57,889 bases of DNA from a virus. Its lineage: Duplodnaviria > Caudoviricetes. A model generated the notes under the pieces. It was given only the letters and a program-made list of their open reading frames with translations, was not told the origin of the DNA and searched no databases. The stretch lies in IMG/VR virus record IMGVR_UViG_3300021131_000007, positions 1 to 57,889 of that record; one strand, given 5' to 3'. This document shows positions 1 through 9,070 of the stretch, piece after piece. The stretch's first letter is position 1. Each line of letters begins with the position of its first letter. The position numbers were made by a program, and so were the translations under genes.

Positions 1-1
1 T

Positions 2-1555
2 GCTACAGTATCACAATCAAATTCAACAGGGTCAGCTACAAACTCACATGTTTCTTCTGTAACAGTAGATACATATGGTCGTGTAACTGGTGTAACAACT
101 TCACCAATTAATGTAGCAACATCTTCTCAACAAGGTGTGGCAACATTTAATACAGCATCGTTTGCTGTAACAAATGGAGATGTTACTATCAAGGCTGCTG
201 GAGTTTCTAACACTCAGCTTGCAAACTCAAGCGTAACTGTTGGTACAACAGCAATAGCACTTGGAGCTTCTTCAACCACACTTGCTGGACTTACATCTGT
301 AACTTCAACAGGGTTTACTGGTGCTTTTACAGGTAACGTAACTGGTAATGCTGATACTGCAACCAAGCTTGCAACAGCACGTAATATTAACGGTGTAGCA
401 TTTGATGGTTCTGCAGCAATTACTGTAAAAGCATCTACCACAAACGCCCTTACAATTGGAACGGGACTTTCAGGATCATCATTTGATGGTTCAGGTGCAG
501 TAACAATTGCTATAGATTCAACAGTAGCTACATTAACTGGAACACAGACTCTTACAAATAAAACTCTTACATCTCCAATAATTGGAACAATTGTTAATAC
601 AGGAACACTTACACTTCCAACATCAACAGATACACTTATTGGTAAGGCTACAACAGATACCCTTACAAACAAGACATTTGATACAGCTGGAACAGGTAAC
701 GTATTTAAGATTGCTGGAACTCAAATTTCAGCTAACACAGGTACAGGATCAAACGTTCTTGCTACCAGTCCATCTGTAACTGGTCTTTCAACAGATACTC
801 TTACAACAACTGGTAACGTAACAGTTGGTGGTAACTTGACAGTTAATGGTACAACAACCACAATTAACTCAACAACTCTTAATACAACAGAGCAGGTTCT
901 TGTTATCTCTAATGCAGCCACCCCAACAGATGTAACCGCAAACGGTGCGGGAATTACAATTAAGGGTACTACAGACAAGACAATCAAGTGGTACTCATCA
1001 ACAGGTGCTGTAACATTCTCTGAAAACGTAGATCTTGCTTCAGGTAAGACATACAAGATTAATGGAACAGATGTCCTAACATCAACAGCAGTTCTTGGTG
1101 TAACTGTAACAAATATTGCCACAATAACTGGATCTCAAACACTTACAAATAAGACTTTGACTACCCCAGTATTAAATGGTCCATCAGTTAACTCTGCTGG
1201 TATTACATTCTCAGATTCAACAGTACAAACAGTTGCTGGTGTACCATCTATAACATCAATAGATAATACAACTTTTGCAACAGGTACCGTAAGCCTTGCA
1301 ACTGGTCTTAAAGATTATATGGTTAAGGTTGGAGCAAGCGTAACCATAACATTACAACAGGATTCAGCAGCAACATATCCAGTAGGATCATCTATTGATT
1401 TCTATGCAAATGGAACTGGAGCAGCTTTTGCAGCAGGAACTGGAGTAACAATAATCAATACCCCAGGATTAAAGTTTAGAGCAGTTGGATCAGTTGCAAC
1501 TGCAATGAAGGTAGCAGCAAATACATGGTTGGTCTTCGGAGACCTTTCAGCGTAA
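2..1555 (+). CDS. tail fibre / long virion fibre protein, 5'-truncated
   Basis: Frame is open from base 2 (ATVSQSNSTG..VTVDTYGRVT..). Thr/Gly/Ser-rich, with fibre motifs VTVDTYGRVT, GNADTATKLATARNINGVAFDG and repeated TQTLTNKTLT; ends WLVFGDLSA. Confidence 0.8.
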   Translation, partial: ATVSQSNSTGSATNSHVSSVTVDTYGRVTGVTTSPINVATSSQQGVATFNTASFAVTNGDVTIKAAGVSNTQLANSSVTVGTTAIALGASSTTLAGLTSVTSTGFTGAFTGNVTGNADTATKLATARNINGVAFDGSAAITVKASTTNALTIGTGLSGSSFDGSGAVTIAIDSTVATLTGTQTLTNKTLTSPIIGTIVNTGTLTLPTSTDTLIGKATTDTLTNKTFDTAGTGNVFKIAGTQISANTGTGSNVLATSPSVTGLSTDTLTTTGNVTVGGNLTVNGTTTTINSTTLNTTEQVLVISNAATPTDVTANGAGITIKGTTDKTIKWYSSTGAVTFSENVDLASGKTYKINGTDVLTSTAVLGVTVTNIATITGSQTLTNKTLTTPVLNGPSVNSAGITFSDSTVQTVAGVPSITSIDNTTFATGTVSLATGLKDYMVKVGASVTITLQQDSAATYPVGSSIDFYANGTGAAFAAGTGVTIINTPGLKFRAVGSVATAMKVAANTWLVFGDLSA

Positions 1556-1577
1556 TTAAAATAAGGAGAAAATATAA

Positions 1578-2420
1578 ATGTCAAAACAAGCAGGTAGATA
1601 CTCAGAATCGGCAAATGATTTCTTGCAACCACTAGCTGTAACTTCACTTACAGCAACAGATGTAGGAACAAACAGACCGTACTCAGCAACAGCAAATACA
1701 ACATCAGCAGCTTCTGCAGCGGGAACAGGTGGAGCAGTAAATCTTTCTTGGACATTGCCTGCAAATTCTCCAGCAGCGACTTCTTATACTATTACGAGTA
1801 CTCCTGCAACGTACACCGTTAGTACTGGTTCCTCTACTCCTTCTTATACATTTGAAGGACTTGCTTCTAATACTTCTTATACATTTACAGTAGTTGCAAC
1901 TAATGCAGTAGGTAGCTCAGATGCAACTACTTCTTCATCAGTAACTGTAACAACAGTTCCAAATGCTCCACAAAGTCCATCTGCTACAGCTCAAGTTTTA
2001 TATGATACTATTGATTGGACAGATGGACAAAACGGCGGTCAAGCAATAACCAGTTACACCATAACATCAAGTGCAAATGGTTCTCAAACTGGAATTACTT
2101 CACATCCTTATAATTTTACAGAATCTGCAGGGGCACAAGATTATTATGTTGTATATGCACTAAATGCTAATGGAACTTCAGCAGCATCAGCACAAACAGG
2201 AACAGTAACAACACAAGCCCCATTCTTTCCTCCATTCTTTCCACCAGGGTTCTTTTCTCCACCAGGGTTCTTTGCCCCTCCAGGGTTTTTTCACCCACCA
2301 GGGTTCTTTGCTCCTCCAGGGTTTTTTCACCCACCAGGGTTCTTTTCGCCACCAAGATTTGGTACATCTTCAATTAGATTTAAAGAAGATGTTGTCGAGA
2401 TTATAAATATTAGTATATAA
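1578..2420 (+). CDS. fibronectin type III-domain virion protein with C-terminal (PPGFFx)n repeat and S74 N-terminal stub
   Basis: RBS AAGGAG; FN3 motifs LSWTLP, YTFEGLASNTSYTFTVVATNAVG, YYVVYALNANG; tail PPGFF repeats then GTSSIRFKE. Confidence 0.8.
   Translation: MSKQAGRYSESANDFLQPLAVTSLTATDVGTNRPYSATANTTSAASAAGTGGAVNLSWTLPANSPAATSYTITSTPATYTVSTGSSTPSYTFEGLASNTSYTFTVVATNAVGSSDATTSSSVTVTTVPNAPQSPSATAQVLYDTIDWTDGQNGGQAITSYTITSSANGSQTGITSHPYNFTESAGAQDYYVVYALNANGTSAASAQTGTVTTQAPFFPPFFPPGFFSPPGFFAPPGFFHPPGFFAPPGFFHPPGFFSPPRFGTSSIRFKEDVVEIINISI
2218..2360 (+). repeat. in-frame 18-bp tandem repeat encoding PPGFF(S/A/H)
   Basis: CC(A/T)CCAGGGTT(C/T)TTTnnn units; six PPGFF copies preceded by PFFPPFF. 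Confidence 0.95.
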
Positions 2421-2430
2421 TATAATTTAA

Positions 2431-2724
2431 ATGATAAATATTAATTTTAAAGAAGTTATAAAAAAACTTCGTCCAGTGACATGGATTTATAAAAACGATG
2501 AATCTAGAAAAAGATATATTGGATACATAGCTGAAGAATTATTTGAAGAAGAAGCATTTAAATATGTTGTTTCTTTAGATGAGGACGGGATTCCAAATGG
2601 AATTAGCTATGAGTCATTATCTATATATGCTTTAGAAGGTTTAAAAACAGCATATGCTGAAATAGAAAATTTAAGTAATAGGATTTCTTATCTAGAATCC
2701 AAATTGGATGAAAAGAGCAATTAA
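2431..2724 (+). CDS. stand-alone C-terminal part of a Peptidase_S74 intramolecular chaperone domain
   Basis: IKKLRPVTWIY, YIGYIAEEL, GISYESL and a terminal coiled coil (EIENLSNRISYLESKL); lacks the Ser-x4-Lys catalytic start. Confidence 0.85.
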   Translation: MININFKEVIKKLRPVTWIYKNDESRKRYIGYIAEELFEEEAFKYVVSLDEDGIPNGISYESLSIYALEGLKTAYAEIENLSNRISYLESKLDEKSN

Positions 2725-3690
2725 ATTAAAATATTAATTTCCGTATCAAATTATTGCGATCCAGAATACGAAATGACAATAAGGTCTTTATGGGATAACG
2801 CTGGAATGAAAGAAAATCTTATATTTTCTTTAGTTTCAGAAGATTTTAAAGAATATGATTTTTCTTATATTCCAAGTAATCAATTATATTACAAACATTT
2901 TCCCCTAACAGAACATAGTCTTGAATATAGGGGCGGGGTATGCTGGTCTAGAAATCTTGCGACACAAGTTCCAGTAGATTATGATTATTATGTACAATTT
3001 GATTCTCATACATTAGCAGTAAAAGACTGGGATATTATGGCTTTGTCAGCTTATGAAAATTTAAAACATGTTTGGGATAAAATTATTATTTCTGGACACC
3101 CAGCAGATTATGAATATCTTCCAGATGGAACTATTAATTTTTATCAATTCCCACTTACTCCAACCTATGTAGAAAATTTAGAAGGCCTTGTTCCTGGTTA
3201 TACTTTTCCAAAATATAATTCAGTTCCACTTAAAGAATATAAAGAGTCTGCTTGGATAACTGGTTGTTATATATTTGCTCCAAAAGCTTGGGTAGATGAA
3301 ATAGGTATAGAAAAGCAATGGTCATTTAACGTTGAAGAATTTATGATGACTATAAAAAGTTTTAATTTTGGATGGAAAGTTTTAAGCTATGGACAAAGAC
3401 ACGTATTCCATCATTCCTCACATACACTTCCAGATGGATCTATAACTAGAAATAGATTTAGACCATGGGCAGATAGCAGGGCTAATGCTTACTGGCAACA
3501 TGTTTATAGAGAAACTGATAAATTATCATACTTTATGTCAGAACCTATAGAAGGAATGACTTGGATGGGATTGTATAACTTTTTTGATGTTAATAAATTA
3601 GATAGAAAATATTTAGAATATATTCCTGATTACCATCAATATGGAAAATCAATAAAAAGACAAAATCTTGGGATGCCCCCAAGAAATTAA
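2725..3690 (+). CDS. Gnt1-like (GT60, Skp1 hydroxyproline GlcNAc-transferase-like) glycosyltransferase; start extended upstream of the ORF-track ATG 2773
   Basis: In-frame upstream KILISVSNYCDPEY resembles the family N-terminus IFVSIASYRDPE; also GGVCWSR, YYVQFDSHT..WD, FNVEE. Confidence 0.75.
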   Translation: MKILISVSNYCDPEYEMTIRSLWDNAGMKENLIFSLVSEDFKEYDFSYIPSNQLYYKHFPLTEHSLEYRGGVCWSRNLATQVPVDYDYYVQFDSHTLAVKDWDIMALSAYENLKHVWDKIIISGHPADYEYLPDGTINFYQFPLTPTYVENLEGLVPGYTFPKYNSVPLKEYKESAWITGCYIFAPKAWVDEIGIEKQWSFNVEEFMMTIKSFNFGWKVLSYGQRHVFHHSSHTLPDGSITRNRFRPWADSRANAYWQHVYRETDKLSYFMSEPIEGMTWMGLYNFFDVNKLDRKYLEYIPDYHQYGKSIKRQNLGMPPRN

Positions 3691-3727
3691 ACATGATATA
3701 CTAACATACATAGTAGATAGGAAAACT

Positions 3728-4441
3728 ATGAACAACTATGACAGTTCATACCCATTACAACCCAACTGGTCAGCACAAGAACAGCTATTTAACGGAGTTT
3801 GGGTTTATAGAAATATATTCAAAAAAGATATAAATATTATAGATAGATTAAATCAAATTGGTCAGCAAGCAAATGTTGATAACGATTCTAGATATGAATG
3901 GACTTTTGGTTTTGTTGGATATGCAGATAAAAGACCAGAATATAGAGACTGTGAAGATATAAAAATTGGTCAAATAGATTATCCAAGAAATCAAACAGAA
4001 CAATATGTTGGCGATCTTTGGAAAGACTTAAGGTCAATACAAAATCCAGCAGTGCAAGATTATTGCAGCAGATATTCATTAAGAATGAATTATTGGGAAG
4101 TAATGAATTGTATTAAATACGGACCAGGACAACACTTTCAAGAACACGCTGATCATGGATTTTCTTATAGTGCTACAGTTTCTTTAGTTGGTTATCCTAA
4201 TGATGATTATACTGGAGGAGGACTATATTTTCCTAAATTAGGTTTAGATATAAAGCCTACAGCAGGAGATTTATATATATTTCCATCAACCTATCTATTT
4301 TCGCATGTAGCTAAACCAGTTGAATCTGGAACAAAATATTCTATAGTTACAATGCTAGATTACAATGATCATGCTCATAATCAAGAATTTATGCAAATGC
4401 GAGAAAAATGGGTTAGAAATGAACAGCATAAAAGCTTTTAA
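3728..4441 (+). CDS. 2OG-Fe(II) dioxygenase, prolyl 4-hydroxylase-like (#1)
   Basis: HAD, YPNDDYTGGGLYFP, KPTAGDLYIFPS, distal H, terminal K (GTKYS). Confidence 0.85.
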   Translation: MNNYDSSYPLQPNWSAQEQLFNGVWVYRNIFKKDINIIDRLNQIGQQANVDNDSRYEWTFGFVGYADKRPEYRDCEDIKIGQIDYPRNQTEQYVGDLWKDLRSIQNPAVQDYCSRYSLRMNYWEVMNCIKYGPGQHFQEHADHGFSYSATVSLVGYPNDDYTGGGLYFPKLGLDIKPTAGDLYIFPSTYLFSHVAKPVESGTKYSIVTMLDYNDHAHNQEFMQMREKWVRNEQHKSF

Positions 4442-5117
4442 AGTAAGAGGAGAAGGATACGGCATTCTTTCTCAACTTTCAGTTAAAAGAGACTGGATGG
4501 ATAATACTTGGGAAGCACATGCTTATAAATGTTTTCCAGTAAGTTTAACTAATCAATTAGGATGGGGAATTTCATTTCCTGAAGATATTACTTTTATCTG
4601 GGATGGCATTTCAGATTCTTCTCCAGATCATGTTAAGATTCTTAAAGGGGAAAAGTATGCTTATTCTGGACGGGCTAACGCTACAATAAGTTTTAATACA
4701 GGAATTAGGTTTGTTACAAATTCTGACATTTCATTACTGCAAATGCCAGTTCCAAACTACCCAAGAGATGGGGTTTCTCCTTTTACTACTTTAATAAGTA
4801 CATCTTTTTTTCAAGGAGAGATTCCAGTAGCTTGGCAAATAACTAAACCAAATGTTGAAATTACAGTAAAAGCCAATACTCCCATTATATCTATTTTGCC
4901 AATTAATTTAAGTGAATTACAAAATTCAGAAGTTGTTTTTGAAGATATTTTAACAATGAAACATTTTATAGAAAATCCAGAAGAGTACGGTAACCTTGTT
5001 TATGAAATTAATAGAACTGGAAAATGGACTAATTTTTATAGAGATGCCGTTGATCATAAAGGAAATAAACTTGGAGAGCATCAAGTAAAAACAATTAAAT
5101 TGCACGTTAAAGAGTAA
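4419..5117 (+). CDS. DUF6065-like protein
   Basis: KRDWMD..HAYKCFPVSLTNQLGW motif, typical of this family, which is often next to phage 2OG oxygenases. Confidence 0.6.
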   Translation: MNSIKAFKVRGEGYGILSQLSVKRDWMDNTWEAHAYKCFPVSLTNQLGWGISFPEDITFIWDGISDSSPDHVKILKGEKYAYSGRANATISFNTGIRFVTNSDISLLQMPVPNYPRDGVSPFTTLISTSFFQGEIPVAWQITKPNVEITVKANTPIISILPINLSELQNSEVVFEDILTMKHFIENPEEYGNLVYEINRTGKWTNFYRDAVDHKGNKLGEHQVKTIKLHVKE

Positions 5118-5176
5118 ATCTTGTTTTTTTTTATAAATATGGTAAAATTAATATATAGTCGAAAGTAGATAACCTA

Positions 5177-5911
5177 ATGGTTGAAAATAACTGGAATAAA
5201 AACGAAATACCGCAATCAATAACTCCTTCTGGATTTTTTGGCAATTCTTCTGATAATATTGTTGAATTAGAAAATTTTATAACAGAATACGAGCAAAATA
5301 AACTTATGACATTTGCATTAAATAATAAAATTTGGGACGAGACAGAAACACACGTAGATAAAGACGGACTAGTGTTATATGATGCCAATATTTGGAAAGA
5401 TAGAGTTTGTACATACAATTCTTTAATGGCTTCCGACCCATCAATCCTAGAATTAATTTATGATATGATTCGCAGATTAAAAATCGAAGTAGACAAATTT
5501 TTTAATGTAGATGTTAAAGAAACTGGACCAGCTATAGTTAGATGGCCTATAGGTTCAAGACAAGAACCACATGCAGATAAAGAATTTTGGGTGGGTGAAG
5601 AAATGGGAAGACCAAATGATTTTCCTTGGTATGATATAGCTGGATTGTTTTATTTTAATGATGATTACGAAGGAGGGGAACTATACTTTCCCCAACACGG
5701 TATAGAGTTTAAGCCAAAAGCAAGGGCAGCTTATTTTTTTCCAGGAGATAGATATTATGCTCATGGAGTAAGACCTATAAAATCTGGTAATAGATTTACA
5801 TCTCCATTTTTTTGGACAATTAAAAAACATACTGGAGAAAAACAACCTCCAGTAGGATATATTGGTGGATTTGAAAATCCAGAATATAAAAAACTATTTG
5901 AGGGTGAATAA
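5177..5911 (+). CDS. 2OG-Fe(II) dioxygenase, P4H-like (#2)
   Basis: HAD, YFNDDYEGGELYFP, HGV, GNRF. Confidence 0.88.
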   Translation: MVENNWNKNEIPQSITPSGFFGNSSDNIVELENFITEYEQNKLMTFALNNKIWDETETHVDKDGLVLYDANIWKDRVCTYNSLMASDPSILELIYDMIRRLKIEVDKFFNVDVKETGPAIVRWPIGSRQEPHADKEFWVGEEMGRPNDFPWYDIAGLFYFNDDYEGGELYFPQHGIEFKPKARAAYFFPGDRYYAHGVRPIKSGNRFTSPFFWTIKKHTGEKQPPVGYIGGFENPEYKKLFEGE

Positions 5912-5912
5912 G

Positions 5913-6764
5913 ATGAGTCAAATAAATTTAAGAACTGATATTAATAATCTGGATTGGATAGAGCTTTATCCTAATGTAATTGTTTATCAAAACATGTTAA
6001 ATAATCCAGAAGAAGCTTATAAAATTATGATGAATTCAGAGCAATCTGCTGAAGGAAAATATTTTTTTAAAAAATGGGATCTTTGGGCTAGTTTTGGAAC
6101 CTACACACAAGCAAAATTTGGAGAAGATCTAAATGATGCACAATTAGGTTCAGAGTTTGATCAAGAAAAAAATCTTTTTGATGAGATAGCGATAGCTTAT
6201 GATAAAGCTATTTCTCATTATTTTCAACATACTGGAATAGATATTCCAGAAAAAGCAAGATATAGTGGTCAATCTTGGTGTAAATATTTTAATAAAATTG
6301 ATACTTTAAAGAATAAAATGACAATGCAATATCACACAGATTATATTGTTTCTGAAAGAGATATGCCAGGTGAAAAGTTTCATACAACTTGTACTTTTTA
6401 TATAAATGATAATTACAATGGTGGGAATCTTGAGTTTTATATTAATGGTACTATAGTAAATCATAAACCAAAAGCTGGAGACCTTGTAATATTCCCATCA
6501 ACACAACCATATTTTCATGGAGTAAAAACCATTCCAGATGGTAATAAGTTTTTTATTAGAAACTTTGTAATGTCTGATTATGAAGGATCAAAAGAATGGT
6601 TAGATAATCAAAAAAAGTTTGGTGCCTATAGATGGGCAAAAAAAGAATTTGAAAGAATAGATTACGAAAATCCAAGAAATATGATGTATCTGCAAAATGG
6701 AAAAATTATTTCTTATGATGATCTCATGAAAATCAATGAAAAAGAAGGTCAAAATGAAGTATGA
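5913..6764 (+). CDS. 2OG-Fe(II) dioxygenase, P4H-like (#3)
   Basis: HTD, YINDNYNGGNLEF, KPKAGDLVIFPS, HGV, GNKFFIR. Confidence 0.88.
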   Translation: MSQINLRTDINNLDWIELYPNVIVYQNMLNNPEEAYKIMMNSEQSAEGKYFFKKWDLWASFGTYTQAKFGEDLNDAQLGSEFDQEKNLFDEIAIAYDKAISHYFQHTGIDIPEKARYSGQSWCKYFNKIDTLKNKMTMQYHTDYIVSERDMPGEKFHTTCTFYINDNYNGGNLEFYINGTIVNHKPKAGDLVIFPSTQPYFHGVKTIPDGNKFFIRNFVMSDYEGSKEWLDNQKKFGAYRWAKKEFERIDYENPRNMMYLQNGKIISYDDLMKINEKEGQNEV

Positions 6765-7506
6765 TGCAGTATCTGAAGACATTCATATTTATAAAAATTT
6801 TTTAACAGAAGATGAATCTAAAAAAACTTTAGATGTAATTTTAGAGTATGCTGAAAGATTTCCAGATTACTGGAAAGGGATTTCTTTTTATGAATCATAT
6901 TCAGCTGGGTACCCTGAAGTGGGAGACCCCATTTTTAAAAAATATAGCTTGCCAGATGATTGGTTTGAAATACTTATAGATAGATTTAAAGAAGCAGCCT
7001 CTATAGTTGCTGGAGTAGATAAAGACAAAATGTCAAGAATAAGTTTTCATGTACAAAGATGGCTTCCAGGGGCATATGCTCCATTGCATTCAGATAATTC
7101 GAGTAACGAAGGCGTTATGGGTGCATTTACTAGAAGTAGGTATGCTGGATTTATGTATTTAAATGATGATTTTGAAGGCGGTTTGTTAAAATTTCAAGCA
7201 GAGCATGGAAAAAATAATATAGAATTAAAACCAGAAGCAGGAATGTTTGCGATCTTTCATGGTGGACATAAAAATATGCATGAAGTTTCTATTGTTAAAC
7301 ATGGAACTAGATACACTTTAGGTTCATTTTGGGATGATAGAGAAGAATCAGATTACCCCCAAGAATTACGTGATGAATGGGCTAAAGAACTTGCTGAAGT
7401 TAGAGCTATGCAAAAAGAACAACAAAAAGATTGGCAAGAAGTAAGGAAAAAGGGTAAAAGACTTTCTCCTTATGGAGAAGAATATAAAGCTGAGGAAGTA
7501 GAATAA
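6754..7506 (+). CDS. 2OG-Fe(II) dioxygenase, P4H-like (#4)
   Basis: HSD, YLNDDFEGGLLKF, HEV, GTRY. Confidence 0.88.
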   Translation: MKYDAVSEDIHIYKNFLTEDESKKTLDVILEYAERFPDYWKGISFYESYSAGYPEVGDPIFKKYSLPDDWFEILIDRFKEAASIVAGVDKDKMSRISFHVQRWLPGAYAPLHSDNSSNEGVMGAFTRSRYAGFMYLNDDFEGGLLKFQAEHGKNNIELKPEAGMFAIFHGGHKNMHEVSIVKHGTRYTLGSFWDDREESDYPQELRDEWAKELAEVRAMQKEQQKDWQEVRKKGKRLSPYGEEYKAEEVE

Positions 7507-8174
7507 TGCAGTCATCTAATGCTAATATTATAAATGAAAAAAAACAATATATAATGTTTAATCTTATTATGTTACATCCAAATATTTGGTACTGGGAAAA
7601 TGTAATAAGTTCTCCAAAAGAATTAGTTGATTTTATCAATGAAGTGGATTCTGACAAAAGATCTTATGATGCAATATCTTCTTGGAGCCCATGGACCGCA
7701 AGCGATGACAAAAATCTTGTTTATGGATCCGTCAAAACAATTAACAATCAATATAATAAAATTAATACTGGAGACAATAGATTAGATCAAAAAACATTAT
7801 ATATAATAAATAGTTTAAAAATGGCTATTGAAATGTGCTCTGAAAGATATATTTTAGGACACAAATTAGATGTTAATAAATATAATTTAGATCAAAGAAT
7901 GCTTTCTATTAAAAGATGGAATGAGGGACAAAGCATGGGTCCTCATTTTGATGGGCAAGACGGACATTCTGATTTAGGTTTTTCTTTAGTAACTTACCTA
8001 AATGATGACTACGAAGGTGGAGAAATACATTTTAAAGATCATAACATTACAGTTAAACCAAAAGCTGGAAGTTTAATAATGTTCCCATCTCAGATGCCGT
8101 TTGTACATGAAGTATTACCAATAACAAAAGGTACCAGATATATGATGCCAACTTCTGTTTTAACCTTGCCGTAA
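7506..8174 (+). CDS. 2OG-Fe(II) dioxygenase, P4H-like (#5)
   Basis: HFD, YLNDDYEGGEIHF, KPKAGSLIMFPS, HEV, GTRY. Confidence 0.88.
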   Translation: MQSSNANIINEKKQYIMFNLIMLHPNIWYWENVISSPKELVDFINEVDSDKRSYDAISSWSPWTASDDKNLVYGSVKTINNQYNKINTGDNRLDQKTLYIINSLKMAIEMCSERYILGHKLDVNKYNLDQRMLSIKRWNEGQSMGPHFDGQDGHSDLGFSLVTYLNDDYEGGEIHFKDHNITVKPKAGSLIMFPSQMPFVHEVLPITKGTRYMMPTSVLTLP

Positions 8175-8211
8175 TTAATGGTATAATCTATTTAGAATTG
8201 AGGAAAATATT

Positions 8212-9066
8212 ATGTTTTTTGATAGACCAGATTGTATAACTCTTTCTAGCTATATAGATGCTTATGGAACCCCTAGTGGAGTTTTTGTTTTAAAAAACGT
8301 AATTGATCCAGAATTAATTAATAAAATAGAACAAGATCTAAAATTAATAGAAGAAAAATCTTTAAAGAATACAAGTGGATTGATAAACTGGTATGTTGAT
8401 AAAACAGTTGATCCTTTTGTAGATACTATGTACATATGGGAAAAGATGAGTGAAATACTTTCCCCTACACATGTCCTACACCCACAAGCAGGTTTACTGA
8501 AAGTAAAACCAGGTGATGATGGTATGTTTATTCACGCAGACAGCCCAGGTAAAGGACAATGCCATCTTCTTTCACAAAGAGATACATGGTCAACATGTTG
8601 CCTTTTGGATTATGGGGTAGTTACATATTTAGGAGATTGGGAAGGTGGAGAGGTCTTTTATCCAAATATTAATCCAGATGGAACAATAAAAGATCATCTT
8701 AAAGACGGTCCAGAATGCTTAGAATATAAACCTGAAAGAGGAGACATTATTATTCATTCCGCATTTGATCCTTATTCACATGGAGTTAGAGAAGTAACAT
8801 CTGGAATTAGATATGCTTTTTCAAATTTTTCTCTTAAAGCAATTGATAATCCTGGAACATTTTATAATTATGGAACTTCAGAATATTTTGAACAAATAGG
8901 TAAAAACGTACAGGAAAAATCAGTAACTGATGAACAATTAAAAAATTGGCTACAGCCTTTAAAGATAAACCCGCAATTTACCGAAGAAGCAATATTAAAA
9001 ATGCAACAATCTGGACTTGAAGGTGAAGATCTAGCTAAAACATTCTTTGCAGACATGAAAGAATAA
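8212..9066 (+). CDS. 2OG-Fe(II) dioxygenase, P4H-like (#6)
   Basis: HAD, YLGDWEGGEVFYP, HGV, GIRY. Confidence 0.85.
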   Translation: MFFDRPDCITLSSYIDAYGTPSGVFVLKNVIDPELINKIEQDLKLIEEKSLKNTSGLINWYVDKTVDPFVDTMYIWEKMSEILSPTHVLHPQAGLLKVKPGDDGMFIHADSPGKGQCHLLSQRDTWSTCCLLDYGVVTYLGDWEGGEVFYPNINPDGTIKDHLKDGPECLEYKPERGDIIIHSAFDPYSHGVREVTSGIRYAFSNFSLKAIDNPGTFYNYGTSEYFEQIGKNVQEKSVTDEQLKNWLQPLKINPQFTEEAILKMQQSGLEGEDLAKTFFADMKE

Positions 9067-9070
9067 ACAA

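Noticed and set aside
2218-2360. Repeats as a CRISPR array, with the Cas4-like gene as cas
   Set aside because: No unique spacers; in-frame coding repeats; solo Cas4-like nucleases are common in phages
2218-2360. Homology of PPFF/PPGF repeats to antamanide or bradykinin
   Set aside because: Short low-complexity resemblance only; used as a substrate analogy, not as evidence of descent
2167-2373. Minus-strand repeat ORF (RTLVGEKTLE)
   Set aside because: Antisense shadow of the PPGFF repeat
2403-2433. Simple +1 frameshift fusing the FN3 protein to the S74 body
   Set aside because: The downstream frame has TAA at 2428-2430 immediately before its ATG
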